The notes under the pieces: generated by a model
The model's input: only the letters and a program-made list of their open reading frames with translations
Databases searched by the model: none
What the model was told of the DNA's origin: nothing
In this document: positions 27,828-39,602 of the stretch, piece by piece
How positions within the stretch are numbered: the stretch's first letter is position 1
Layout of the letters: each line of letters begins with the position of its first letter
Program-made: the position numbers and the translations under genes
Assembly (NCBI RefSeq): GCF_001194135.2
Contig: NC_068981.1
Coordinates: forward strand, 4,408,965 to 4,472,964
Source of the DNA: Octopus bimaculoides
Lineage: Eukaryota
Length of the DNA stretch: 64,000 nucleotides
Direction of reading: 5' to 3'

Positions 27828-28700
27828 TATCATCATCATCATCATCATCATCGTTTAACGTCCGCTTTCCATGCTAGCATGGGTTGGACGATTTGACTGA
27901 GGACTGGTGAAACCGGATGGCAACACCAGGCTCCAGTCTGATTTGGCAGAGTTTCTACAGCTGGATGCCCTTCCTAACGCCAACCACTCAGAGAGTGTAG
28001 TGGGTGCTTTTACGTGTCACCCGCACGAAAACGGCCACGCTCGAAATGGTGTCTTTTATNNNNNNNNNNNNNNNNNNNNNNNNNNNNNNNNNNNNNNNNN
28101 NNNNNNNNNNNNNNNNNNNNNNNNNNNNNNNNNNNNNNNNNNNNNNNNNNNNNNNNNNNNNNNNNNNNNNNNNNNNNNNNNNNNNNNNNNNNNNNNNNNN
28201 NNNNNNNNNNNNNNNNNNNNNNNNNNNNNNNNNNNNNNNNNNNNNNNNNNNNNNNNNNNNNNNNNNNNNNNNNNNNNNNNNNNNNNNNNNNNNNNNNNNN
28301 NNNNNNNNNNNNNNNNNNNNNNNNNNNNNNNNNNNNNNNNNNNNNNNNNNNNNNNNNNNNNNNNNNNNNNNNNNNNNNNNNNNNNNNNNNNNNNNNNNNN
28401 NNNNNNNNNNNNNNNNNNNNNNNNNNNNNNNNNNNNNNNNNNNNNNNNNNNNNNNNNNNNNNNNNNNNNNNNNNNNNNNNNNNNNNNNNNNNNNNNNNNN
28501 NNCGGGTTCCCTCAACTGTTAGGGTGTGGCACTTTTTCACGCAGCTATCCTCCTCCATTCTCACCACATGTCCATACCAGCGCAATCGTCTCTCTTGCAC
28601 GCCACAACTGATGCTTCTAATGTTCAGCTTTTCTCTCAAGATACTTACACTCTGACGGGTATTCACATTGACATTACACATCCAACGGAGCATATATATA
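27828..28700 (-). mobile_element. Young 5'-truncated RTE LINE spanning a gap (ORF end 28700-28503, 3'UTR/(GAT)n tail 28059-27828)
   Basis: Intact MLRWMCNVNV...RRLRWYGHVVRMEEDSCVKKCHTLTVEGT on one side of the gap, tail in the same orientation on the other. Confidence 0.8.
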
Positions 28701-28744
28701 AAGTATGCTAGTTCTGTATGTGTGTGTGTGTATATATATACTTT

Positions 28745-29510
28745 TTTCTTTTTCTTTTATTTGTTTCAGTCATTTGACTGTGGCCATGCTGGAGCACCGC
28801 CTTTAGTCAAGCAAATCGACCCCAGGACTTATTCTTTGTAAGCCTAGTATTTATTCTATCAGTCTCTTTTGCTGAATTGCTATGTTATGGGGACGTAAAC
28901 ACAACATCGGTTGTCAAGCGATGGTGGGAGGGGGTACAAACACAGACACACACACGCACGCACACACACACATATATACGATAATGTGAAGGCGCATGGT
29001 TCAGTGGTTAGAGCATCGAGCTTACAATTGTGAGGTTGTGAGTTTGATTCCCGGACCAGGCTGTGTATTGTGTTCTTGAGCAAAACACTTTATTTCACGT
29101 TGTTCCAGTTAACTCAGCTGTAGAAATAAGTTGCGACATCACTGGTGCCAAGCTGTATCGGCCCCTTTGCCTTTCCCTTGGATAACATCAGTGGTGTGGA
29201 GAGGGGAGGCTGGTATGCATGGGCGACTGCTGGCCTTGCATAAACAACCACGCCTGGACTTGTGCCTTGGAGGGTAACTTTCTAGGTGCAATCCCATTGT
29301 CATTCATGACCAAAGGGGGTACAATATCAATATCAATATACGATGGGCTCCTTTCAGTTTCCACCTACCAAATCCACTCACAAGGCTTTAGTCAGCCTGA
29401 GGCTATTATAGTCGAAGACACTTACCCAAGGTGCCACGCAGTGGGACTGAACCCAGAACCATGTGATTGGTAACCAAGCTACTTACCACACAGCTACTCC
29501 TGCACCTATG
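28745..29510 (-). mobile_element. SINE of the same family split by a nested insertion
   Basis: 3' half 28745-28982, 5' half 29336-29510. Confidence 0.85.
28983..29335 (+). mobile_element. Second tRNA-derived SINE family, nested, 9-bp target duplication
   Basis: ggcgcatggttcagtggttagagc / gagtttgattccc head; ATATACGAT at 28974-82 and 29336-44. Other copies (-) ~7110-7330, 34060-34410, 41085-41450, 51545-51665, 61075-61230. Confidence 0.85.
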
Positions 29511-30049
29511 CATACACACACACAGAAGATTAATGATGGGAACAGTTCATGCCAACTGTTATCATCAGAAAGCATTTACGACCAAGAATTATCAAGTTGT
29601 TCATATTAATTAGATGAAGTAGCAACAACCATTAAGTATTGGTGTTTAGTCACATCACAAACATCGCCCAACAACAGAGCCATCACCATTCGCTTCTCTT
29701 TTTCCTTCTCTCCCTGCCCCCACCCCTCTCTCTACTAAACACTTTACTTTCCTCCATGTCTTCCTTACAGGGATGAATTAATAAACATGCACAACCATAG
29801 CTGATCAACAACGCGCGCGTGCGTGTGTGTGTGTATATCAGATTGGAGCCTGGTGCAGCCATCCGGTTCACCAGTCCTCAGTCAAATCGTCCAACCCATG
29901 CTAGGCATGGCAAGCAGATGTTAAACGATGATGTTGATGATGATGATGATATATGATGATGTTGATGATATATGAATGAAATACAGGTATGTATATGTGT
30001 GTATGTATGTAATCATATGTATGTGTGAATGTGAAGGTGTGTGCGTGTG

Positions 30050-30089
<40 letters not shown>

Positions 30090-30248
30090 CGAAATATAGG
30101 TGTTTAGTTCACAGGTGATCTAAATGGAAAGGAGTATTCTGGGTAATTGCTGAACAGATTACCAAGGTTCCAGGCTTGTAACCAAGACAGGAGTTAAGGA
30201 ACTACGGAACTATTGTAGATTTCTGATACAGCAGATATAAATTTGTTA

Positions 30249-30346
30249 AAGACATCTCAAGTCATATATGTTGTTATTATTAAAAATTATTAAGCAATTG
30301 CTTAATAAGTTTTAATAATAACAACATATATGACTTGAGATGTCTT
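30249..30346. repeat. 98-bp spacerless palindrome
   Basis: 49-bp arms centred on CAATTG with one mismatch; extra outer IR 30238-30250/30368-30380. Confidence 0.9.
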
Positions 30347-30564
30347 GCCATGTTGTTTGTTTTCCTTTTTAACAAATTTATGTATGTGTGTGTGTGTGTA
30401 TATCATCATCATCATCGTTTAACGTCCGTTTTCCATGCTGGCATGGGTTGGACGGTTTGACTTGGGTCTGGGAGGCCAGGAGGCTGCACCAGGCTCCAGT
30501 CTGATCTGGCAGTGTTTCTACAGATGGATGCCTTTCTTAACACGAACCACTGCGAGAGTATGTA

Positions 30565-30597
<33 letters not shown>

Positions 30598-30779
30598 GTG
30601 CATGAATGTAATACATATATGTATGTGTGTGTGTGTGTGTGAGTGTGTGCATGCATATATATATATATATATANNNNNNNNNNNNNNNNNNNNNNNNNNN
30701 NNNNNNNNNNNNNNNNNNNNNNNNNNNNNNNNNTATAATTTATTAAATAACAGGAGATGGATTGGTAATAAACTTTAAT

Positions 30780-30887
30780 ACGTACAACGTTCGTTTCGAC
30801 CCATCCTGCTATTGTCCTTTATGTGTGGGGCTCCATTCAACATGTTATGTTGCATGGGTTTTGCAGTCTGGGTCTCATCAGGTACAT
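30780..30887 (-). ncRNA. Inverted second copy of the same hammerhead-like motif
   Basis: Reverse complement of 30948-31056 with perfect GACCCA/TGGGTC helix II but CGAACG in helix III. Confidence 0.6.
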
Positions 30888-30947
30888 CGATGAAGTTTTG
30901 TCTCAGTACAGATCTTGAGTGCCATTTCCCTTGTTGTTACTTCATCG

Positions 30948-31056
30948 ATGTACCTGATGAGACCCAGACTGCAAAACCCATTCAACATAACATGTTGAAT
31001 GGAGCCCCACACATAAAGGACAAATAGCAGGATGGGTTGAAACGTACGTTGTACGT
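30948..31056 (+). ncRNA. Type I hammerhead-like motif with extended helix II
   Basis: CTGATGA 30954-60; helix II GACCCA/TGGGTT; GAAA 31039-42; palindromic ACGTACGT; GUU site; helix I ATGTAC/GTACGT; ATTAAA directly downstream. Confidence 0.65.
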
Positions 31057-31309
31057 ATTAAAGTTTATTACCAATCCATCTTCTGTTATTTAGTAAATTA
31101 CCCTAATTGACACTCGGGGGTTTTTGAAGTAGATCCAAAGGAAGTGTACCATGACTGCAGATGACAACAACTAGCCTCAGCTGTGCCGGTGCTCTACTCA
31201 ATATTCAAACACACTAATCGGCTTAAACCTATTAGTCCAAATTATTTATTCTTTGTCCTTACATGTTTTTGATTTACATTAGCCCTTGTGGCCAATAAAA
31301 CAAGAATTA

Positions 31310-31344
<35 letters not shown>

Positions 31345-32159
31345 GTGTGTGTAGGGAAGAATTCACAAAAAAAACAAAAGACGAAGACAGGTAGACAACA
31401 AACAGATCATGATCATCATCGTTTAACGTCCGCTTTCCATGCTGGCATGGGTTGGACAATTTGACTGAGGACTGGTGAGACCGGATGGCTGCACCAGGCT
31501 CCAATCTGATCTGGCAGAGTTTCTACAGGTGGATGCCCTTCCTAACACCAACCACTCTGAGAGTGTTAGGAAGATGTATTAGTTTAATGCTCAGGAAGTG
31601 AAAAATTCTTTAATGTTTCGAGCCTACGCTCTTTCCACAGAAAGGAACACAGAAAGACACAAGGAGAGAAAATAAAGAATGTGTAGTGGCTAGTGATCTA
31701 TCATATAAAGAGTATTGGAACTGCTAGTGCAAAAGTTACAAATGACCACAATGGTAAAATGTATGTGTAGAACAACAGGTGTAAACGAGTGCTTATCATA
31801 ATTGCTCGTGTGTGTGTGTGTATGTGTGTGTGTGTTTTGAGTTTCCATCGTGTTCACTGGTTTGTAAACAATGGCTTGCAGTGCGTCATGAAAAAAGTAC
31901 ATACAAGCTCTCCCTGGCATGTTTTGAGACTCCACAAAAAACAGTGTTGTTTGTTTCCAGTTCCCCTCAGAAGATATGACAAGGCTGCTAGGTGTTCAAT
32001 GAACAAGGAGACTAACAACCTCACCTGGAAATAAGAGGGGCATTGGCAACAGGAAGGTCATCGAGATGTCTCAACATACTCTTGTCTAACCCATGCCAAC
32101 ATGGGAAAGTAGATGGTAAAATGATAATGATGATCTTGACCATGGTCATGATGATAATG

Positions 32160-32818
32160 ATCACCACCATCATCTAACATCTGTTTTCCATGCTGGCATG
32201 AGTTGGACAAATTAACAGAATTTGGCAAGCTGGAGAGCTACACCAGGCTGCATTTGTCTGTTTTGGCATGCTTTCTACAGCTGGACACCCTTCCTAATGC
32301 CAACCACTTTACAGAGTGTACTGGGTGCTTTTTATGTGGCACCAGCACAGGTGCTTTTTACATGGCACCAGTACAGGTAGCTTTTACATGGCACGTGCTG
32401 GTGGCACATAAAAAGCACCATTTGAGTGTGGTCATTGCCAGTGCTGCCTGACTGGCCCTCGTGCCGGTGACACGTATAAAGCACCCACTACACTCTCAGA
32501 GTGGTTGGCATTAATTAGGAAGGGCATCAGCTGTAGAAACATTGCCAGATCGGATTGGAGCCTGGTTCAGCCTTCTGGCTTGCTGGCCCTCAGTCAAACC
32601 ATCCAACCTATGCCAGCATAGAAAGTGGATATTAAACGACAATGATCATCATCATCATCATCATCATCATCGTTTAACGTCCGCTTTCCATGCTAGCATG
32701 GGTTGGACGATTTGACTGAGGACTGGTGAAACCGGATGGCAACACCAGGCTCCAGTCTGATTTGGCAGAGTTTCTACAGCTGGATGCCCTTCCTAACGCC
32801 AACCACTCAGAGAGTGAT
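32160..32818. mobile_element. Three adjacent RTE 3' ends (-,+,-)
   Basis: Older copies 32160-32350 and 32390-32645; young copy 32645-32818 tail-to-tail with the second. Confidence 0.85.
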
Positions 32819-34705
32819 GATGGAAAATTTTCACACCTTACTATTCTTTATCAAATGGCCAAAATGAATGATATGGAAAAACTACTCAGTTATCTCCTAT
32901 ACAAACAAACAAACAAACAACATTATAAAATAGCAGCACAAAAACCTCCCACATCTTTTACTAAATATTAGAACTTTACTTTTTGGAATTTTAACTTTTT
33001 TGATACCAATCCACTCTGGTTCTTCTAGCATACACTTCCTGTTTTAAAGTGATCTAAATTTAAATCTTCCATCAAAATCTCAAGTTAATTTATATTCCAT
33101 ACGCCAGCTTCATAATGACAAAGTTATTCTAAATTCTTCGTTATTTTCAAAATTAGCTGAAACAACTGCAGTGTATTTCCACAGAAATATGGTAACAAAA
33201 GGGTTAAACACAGCATAGTAATTAACTTGACACATCGTTCTCCACTGGAAAGTCCAGATGATTTTTATCTTAATTTCTTTGACATTGACAAAATCACTTC
33301 CTGATTGGGTTTCCTCTGGAAAATCAATATATCTTAAAAAACATGTTTGGCTACCAAAAATAGATCCATTCGTTGAAAAGGTGCTGGAGATTGAAGTAGT
33401 CTTGTGCTACTTCATCAAATTCAATTTGAAATATTGATGGGGAATGATACAGTTTCAACAAGTCATTTATTTCAACCTCCTGAATCTGAGACTCAACATA
33501 ACTCTTAACCAAATACAACAACAACTTGTACAGTAACGATGATAGCACAACTTTAGAAACAATAGATGATGGAACGTATAAAAACCACCGTTCTACTATA
33601 ATTGCAACAGATAATCGTAACAGACCTAAAAGTACAACAAGAATGTCCACCTACTTAAATGAATATAACAGGTCCAAAACAACAACAACTACTTATTTTT
33701 ATTGTATTTTATATCAATTACTAAGTTTTGTTTTACTTGCAAATCAATGACTTTGGAATAGGTACAATATGGTTGAATGCTTAATAAGGTTGCTTTGTAA
33801 TCATGAGGACACGGGATCAATTTCACTGCATAGCATCTTGGACAAGAGTCTTTCCTATAGCCTCGGACTGATGCATACATTACAAGTAAAACTGGGTTGA
33901 TAGAAACTGTATGGAAGCTCATAAGATGGATTGTCCCCACAATTCGAAAGATTACAGTTTTGTGTCATATTGACTCTGCCTGAGAATTACGTTAAGAGCA
34001 CATGTATCTGTGGAATACTCAGTCAACTTACTCATTAACTTGAGAGCAGGTAATTCAATAGAACTACCACCGCCCCTACTGTTAATGGCACTCCACCAGT
34101 TACAACGATAAAGGTTCCAGTTGATCCAATCAGTGGAACAGCCTGCTCATGAAATTACTGTGCAAGTGGTCAAGCACTCCACAGACAGGCATACCCTTAA
34201 TGTAGCTCTCAGGGTGACTCAGTATGACACAGAATGTGACAAGACTGACCCTTTGAATTACCGGTACTACTCAATTTTACCAGCAGAGTGGAGACTGCAG
34301 CAATGTGAAATAAAGACTCTTGCTGAAGGACACAACATGCCACCAGGAATCAAACACATGACCTTACATTCGCGAGCTGAATACCCTAACCATTAAGCCA
34401 CATGCCTTCACAAGAACCCTATGTACATGTGTATGAGCCTGTTGGAGAACAGGTCACCTATCAGTATAAAATCTAGATAAAACAACTTTGTTAATCAACA
34501 CCTTCTGAAACATGAAATACTCAAAATGGGTGGAAACTGAGAGCTACAAATTATGAATTACAACAATAAAAAGAACTCTAGAGCTTAAAATGATTTACCT
34601 TTGGATGGTATTAAATTACCAAAATACAACATCGGCTATTGGTTAAAAATTTAGAAAAGAACTGCATTGTTTCAAGGATTGGGTCAAATATGTAACCATC
34701 TAGAG

Positions 34706-35135
34706 CAGGGGTCAGCAAACTTCTTACATCATTGACCCCTTCATGTAATCATTGATAACTTATTGATCCTCATCATGTAAATTTCTAAAATAAAATTAAA
34801 AAGTATAATTAACAAAAAAAAATTCTTGATTTTAAAACAATAATTCCTTTTTGTTTTTTTTTTCTTTCTGTCATTACAGCTTTTTAATAAGAGATATTTA
34901 AAGAAATTTAATTAAAATGCTTAACGAAATTGATAAAGACCAATAAAAATTCAGTCATATTGATATTGTTGGAATATTTATTATGAATCATTTGTTTGAT
35001 GAACACTAGTTATTGCATTGATATTTGGCTGGAAATTAGTTTAAGCCTTAAATTGCAGCAGTCTTCTAGATTTGGTTAACTAATAATTTAGTATCGTTAA
35101 CACTCAAAATCAGTTCATGTGCTCATTAGCCCCTA
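34706..35135. mobile_element. Decayed hAT(Charlie)-like MITE
   Basis: Starts CAGGGGTCAGCAAAC after a CTAGA-centred target; ends GCCCCT followed by another CTAGA; AT-rich interior. Confidence 0.4.
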
Positions 35136-35774
35136 GGCTAGACACCTTCCCAGGGATCAAACTGACTGCTTTGCCAACCCCTGATATAGAGAACCAATGT
35201 GTAAACATTAAACGATAAACCAATGGTAATTAAGGAGTTGATTAATAATAGGCTGTTAAACATGAATGCGTTTATTACATTGCAGTAAATCCAAGTGGGA
35301 CCAACTTCCATGTATATATACAATCAGCTAAAATGACCCCCAGAAGCAACATATTCAGAATGAAGGAAGCAAAGCATAGATTTCACATAGCTTATGCTTT
35401 GTACTCAACAGTTGTTTCATTAAGAGGGAGCAAGTTTTTAGAGGTCTGGAAGTGACTGCTTAGTGAGGACAAAAGAACAGGGTCCACGACTCGTTACAGG
35501 AGGCAATGAGGAAGGAAGATACCCTTTAACCAGAGACCTGGCCTGAAGGCCTACAATGGAGTGGACTCCTCCTCCAAAGGTACCCAAGATGTCGGGTAGT
35601 ATGGTTAAACTGGGCAACGGATTAAGTCTGTCACCCAAGTAGGCCATGGAGGGACTTAAACTCAGAATGCAAACAGCAGGAATGAATACCACAAGGCATT
35701 CAGTCTGAAGTTGTTACAGCTCTGGGAAGCCATCGGCCTAGATTACTACTTTTTTTTTTTAATTCATCCTGAAA

Positions 35775-36097
35775 CGTTAAATTGCAATGGCCGTTGCCAG
35801 TACCGCCTGACTGGCTCCTGTAGGATTTTCGAGCGAGATCGTTGCCAGTGCCCCTGGACTGGCTTGTGCGGGTGGCACATAAAAGACACCATTTCGAGCG
35901 TGGCCGTTTTCGTGCAGGTGACACGTAAAAGCACCCACTACACTCTCTGAGTGGTTGGCGTTAGGAAGGGCATCCAGCTGTAGAAACTCTGCCAAATCAG
36001 ACTGGAGCCTGGTGTTGCCATCCGGTTTCACCAGTCCTCAGTCAAATCGTCCAACCCATGCTAGCATGGAAAGCGGACGTTAAACGATGATGATGAT
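35775..36097 (+). mobile_element. Young RTE 3' end with (GAT)n tail
   Basis: Near-identical to 27828-28059. Confidence 0.9.
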
Positions 36098-36832
36098 CTC
36101 AGTGCAATTTGAACTCACAATTGCAAGTCTCAGTACAGTCTATCGAATGCTCTAACAACACTGCCAAGGTACTACATATCACTGACAAGCTCAAAATAAA
36201 GTGTTGGCTATCTGTCTAATTTTAAAACTGAAACCGGTTCGTTCTTGTAAAGTACACAAATGCAGAAGTTACTTGATTGTCTTCAAGTTATATCACTATT
36301 TAATAATAGCTGGTATATTATGTTGGTTGGTAGATTTATTCAGTCATGTATTATATCATATTGAGAGAAGGAAAGAGAATAAAAGAGATATACAGAGAGA
36401 GTGAATGTAACAGGTGTACGATGAGTGTGCATAATAGGCTTGCTGGCAGGCAATGGGTAAAGCAATGACACAGCCACACAGTGAGAGATAGAAAGAAAAG
36501 AATCACAAAGATTGAGAAGGAGAAGTAAATGACAGAGTAATTATGGAAGAAGTTCAGATTTTGTAGAGATGAATTTTTGATTTTATGTTGATAAAATTTA
36601 GAAAAACAATTGTTCTAAACTTCGATACAAAGCATCATTTTAATGACCCTGAAAGAATGAAAGGAAAGGTTGACTTCAATGGGATTTGAACTCAGAATGT
36701 AAAAATCTGAAGGAAATAGCACTAAGCATTTTGTCTGATGCACCAACAATTCTATTGCAAATAAATAAATGAGAAAGTTGTTTTGTTCAATTTTAACGTA
36801 ATAAATACTTTTTCTTTTGAAAATTATTATTC

Positions 36833-36981
36833 ATTGGCATCAGTGCCGATGCCAATAACCAGATCACTGTCACAGCTGGAGCAGATAGAACATTGAAGTT
36901 CTGGAAGTTCAAGTCAAAACAACTTTTAAACGAACTGAAACTCGACAGCTATATTGCCAAAATTTTACTTCATCGTGAAAG
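36833..36981 (+). pseudogene. WDR36: Orphan, 5'-truncated WDR36/UTP21 exon fragment
   Basis: Translates IGISADANNQITVTAGADRTLKFWKFKSKQLLNELKLDSYIAKILLHRE(S). This is gap-free colinear with WDR36 GVAVDGLNQLTVTTGSEGLLKFWNFKNK...LLHRDS as recalled. Ends at AG|GTAAAT; in-frame TGA at 36818-36820; no other WDR36 exon seen. Confidence 0.75.
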
Positions 36982-38897
36982 GTAAATAAACCACTGTGAC
37001 TGTGTATATGTGAGATTATTGAGAGAGGAATTGGAACCATGGAGACAAGTTGCATATGAACCAAGAGGTGCATGTCTCATTTGTAACACTTCATGTGCAG
37101 ATACAGGATTGTCAACCATCTAGTCCACTTTGCTGAGTGGTTGGTGCTAGGAAGGGCATCCAACTGTAAAAATCCTGCCAAAACAGTCACAAGATGGGGC
37201 TCTTGTGGTACCGTTTCACCCATGCTAGCATAGAACACGGACATTAAAGGATGATGATAATGATGATGATTTCATCATTTTGCCATCAGCACCAATAAAT
37301 TTATTAAAAGTTAAATTATCTTTTGCATGCCATATTTCATGATATTACCCATGGTGACAAAAGCATACTTGCAAAGTTAGCACTCACAAGACAAGTAGCA
37401 CTAGTTCTCGTTTGATAATCAGGATGATCGGAAAACTTTAGAGAAATAGCACAATGCCTACGTATATCCATGTTACTATCCAATATGTCTACATTTTAGG
37501 CATTTGTTTGCTTTATATTCACATGGATACACTAGTTTATTCATAGCATTAAAAAAATCTATTTAGTTGTCTACAGCAGCAAGCGTCTAGGATCAGTAAA
37601 AGCAGCATTTCCTTTCAGTGGTAATTTAGCTATTATACTATCATTATCTTCACCTTTTCTATTGATTGAATCTCATAGCTGAATTTATTTGCAACATATT
37701 CTACAGTCTTTTAACGTTAACTCAGTTGGATTGTAAAGCTATATCGGTATACTTGGACAAACTGAAACACTGATAGAAATTATTTTTCCTGATTGTCTTG
37801 TCTCAACAGTATTGAATTAATTAATATTTAATTACTGTTAGAACTGGGGTGAAATCACAACATTTCAGAATGTTTCAACATGCTTTATTTTAGATAATGT
37901 TTCTAGGTCAAAGTCTTTCCCAACAACATAATAAAAGCCACTTAATCTACATATGGTTGTTCCCATGGGTGTTTTATAGTCTTCAATTATTGTTGTGGGA
38001 GTTTAACTGAAAGTAAGGAGTTTCATTGATGTACGGTTTTGAGGCTGTGTGATTAAGAAGCTTGCTTCCCAACCACATGCCTTGGAGTTCAGTCCCACTG
38101 CATTGCACTTTGGGCAAACACCTCTTATTATGGCCTTAGGCTGACCAAAGCCTCTCGAGTGGATTTGAAACCTGACAGACAAAAACTGAAAGAAGCCTGT
38201 GTGTGAGTAGGTGTTTGGGCAAGTGATTGTGTCTTCCTCTCTTTATGTCACACAACAGCTGTAAACAAGTGTCAACACCACACAAGCTGTGTCCCCTGCT
38301 TCTAATCTTCCATGCAAACATGTCAAGCCATGGTGAAATACTACCTTGCTTAGAAACAAGTGAGGGTTGGTGACAGGAAAGGAACCCAGAAATCTGTCTC
38401 AATGAATTCTGTCTGATCCATGCAAACATAGCAAAGAGAACATTAAATCAATGATGATGATGATGATAATGATGACAATTACCAAGATTTATTGATTCTT
38501 TTTTACTTCTGAAAGTGCTTAAATATTTTACATTTGAAATTGCTTAAAAGAACATCCAAAAATTTTCAGCAAGTTTTTAATATTTAATGTTACACCTTTA
38601 TACATAATGTTTCTGATAAACCATATATATTTCTTAAAAGAGTTTGATAAACTGTTCATCATCATCATTGTTTGAAGTTTACTGTTCCATGCTGGCATTA
38701 GTCAAATAGAATTTGTTGTGGTAGCTTTGTTTATAGCTGGATACCCTTCCTATCACCAACCTCGCCTATTCCAAGCAAAGTAATAGTTCTCCGTGGCCAG
38801 CCAGGTTTTCCACAGAAAAACTGAAATGAACAATATCAACCAAAGCCCCGTGTGTGGACTTGGTAGACAAAAACTGAAAGAAGCCTGTTGTGTGTAT

Positions 38898-39293
38898 ACT
38901 CTTTACTCTCTCTGTTACTTGTTTCAGTCATTTGACTGCACCCATGCTGGAGCACCGCTTTTAGTCGAGCAAATCGACCCCAGGACTTATTCTTTGTAAG
39001 CCTAGTACTTATTCCATCGGTCTCTTTTGCCGAACCGCTAAGTTACAGGGACATAAACACACCACCATCGGTTGTCAAGCGATGTTGGGGGGACAAACAC
39101 AGACACACACATATATATACATATATACGATGGGCTTCTTTCAGTTTCCGTCTACCAAATCCACTCACAAGGCTTTGGTCAGCCCAAGGCTATAGTAGAA
39201 GACACTTGCCCAAGGTGCCACGCAGTGGGACTGAACCCGGAACCATGTGGTTGGTAAGCAAGCTACTTACCACACAGCCACTCCTGCGCCTAT
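38898..39293 (-). mobile_element. Full-length SINE, same family
   Basis: Reverse complement of 16441-16857; others at ~3555-3930, 41557-42032, 44470-44843, 490-710, 10945-11145, 51765-51925. Confidence 0.9.
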
Positions 39294-39389
39294 GTGTACA
39301 TATAATATATTTTAATTTGGCTGAGTTAGTCTCTTGCTACTTTGAGTTTTAGAATCTTTTGGCAAGCTATGACTGATCTCCAGTCATAA

Positions 39390-39437
39390 CTTGCCTGAAG
39401 ACCCTGTGCACTCACAGGTAAAACTCAGAGTAGCAAG
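39390..39437 (+). ncRNA. Degenerate hammerhead-like motif (third family)
   Basis: CTTGC-CTGAAGA-c-CCTGTG/CACAGG-t-AAAA-CTCAGAG-TA-GCAAG; helices I and II intact, GAAA mutated. Confidence 0.5.
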
Positions 39438-39556
39438 AAAACTGACTTTAACAAAATAAGATAAATTATCAATCCCTACTACGGTATCATGTACACTTTT
39501 TTCCCAACAGTTAACACTAAACACACACACACACACACACTGTGTTTGTGTGCACA

Positions 39557-39602
<46 letters not shown>

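Larger units (their letters stand above)
30736..31100. mobile_element. Foldback of two divergent ~161-bp arms, Penelope-like terminal repeat pair
   Basis: Arms 30736-30896 and 30939-31100 are near-perfect inverted repeats around a 42-bp spacer; each carries a hammerhead motif. Confidence 0.6.

Noticed and set aside
27895-27925. CTGAGGA-CTGGT-GAAA-CCGG in the young RTE tail as a hammerhead
   Set aside because: Only 5 nt between the core boxes, so no helix II, and no NUH site or helix I.
33351-33650. 99-aa minus-strand ORF with protein-like tail (VESQIQEVEINDLLKLYHSP...)
   Set aside because: No recognisable family, no convincing splice sites; AT-rich.
20188-36031. Recurrent MKPDGNTRLQSDLAEFLQLDALPNANHS ORFs
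   Set aside because: Antisense translations of the RTE 3'UTR repeat.
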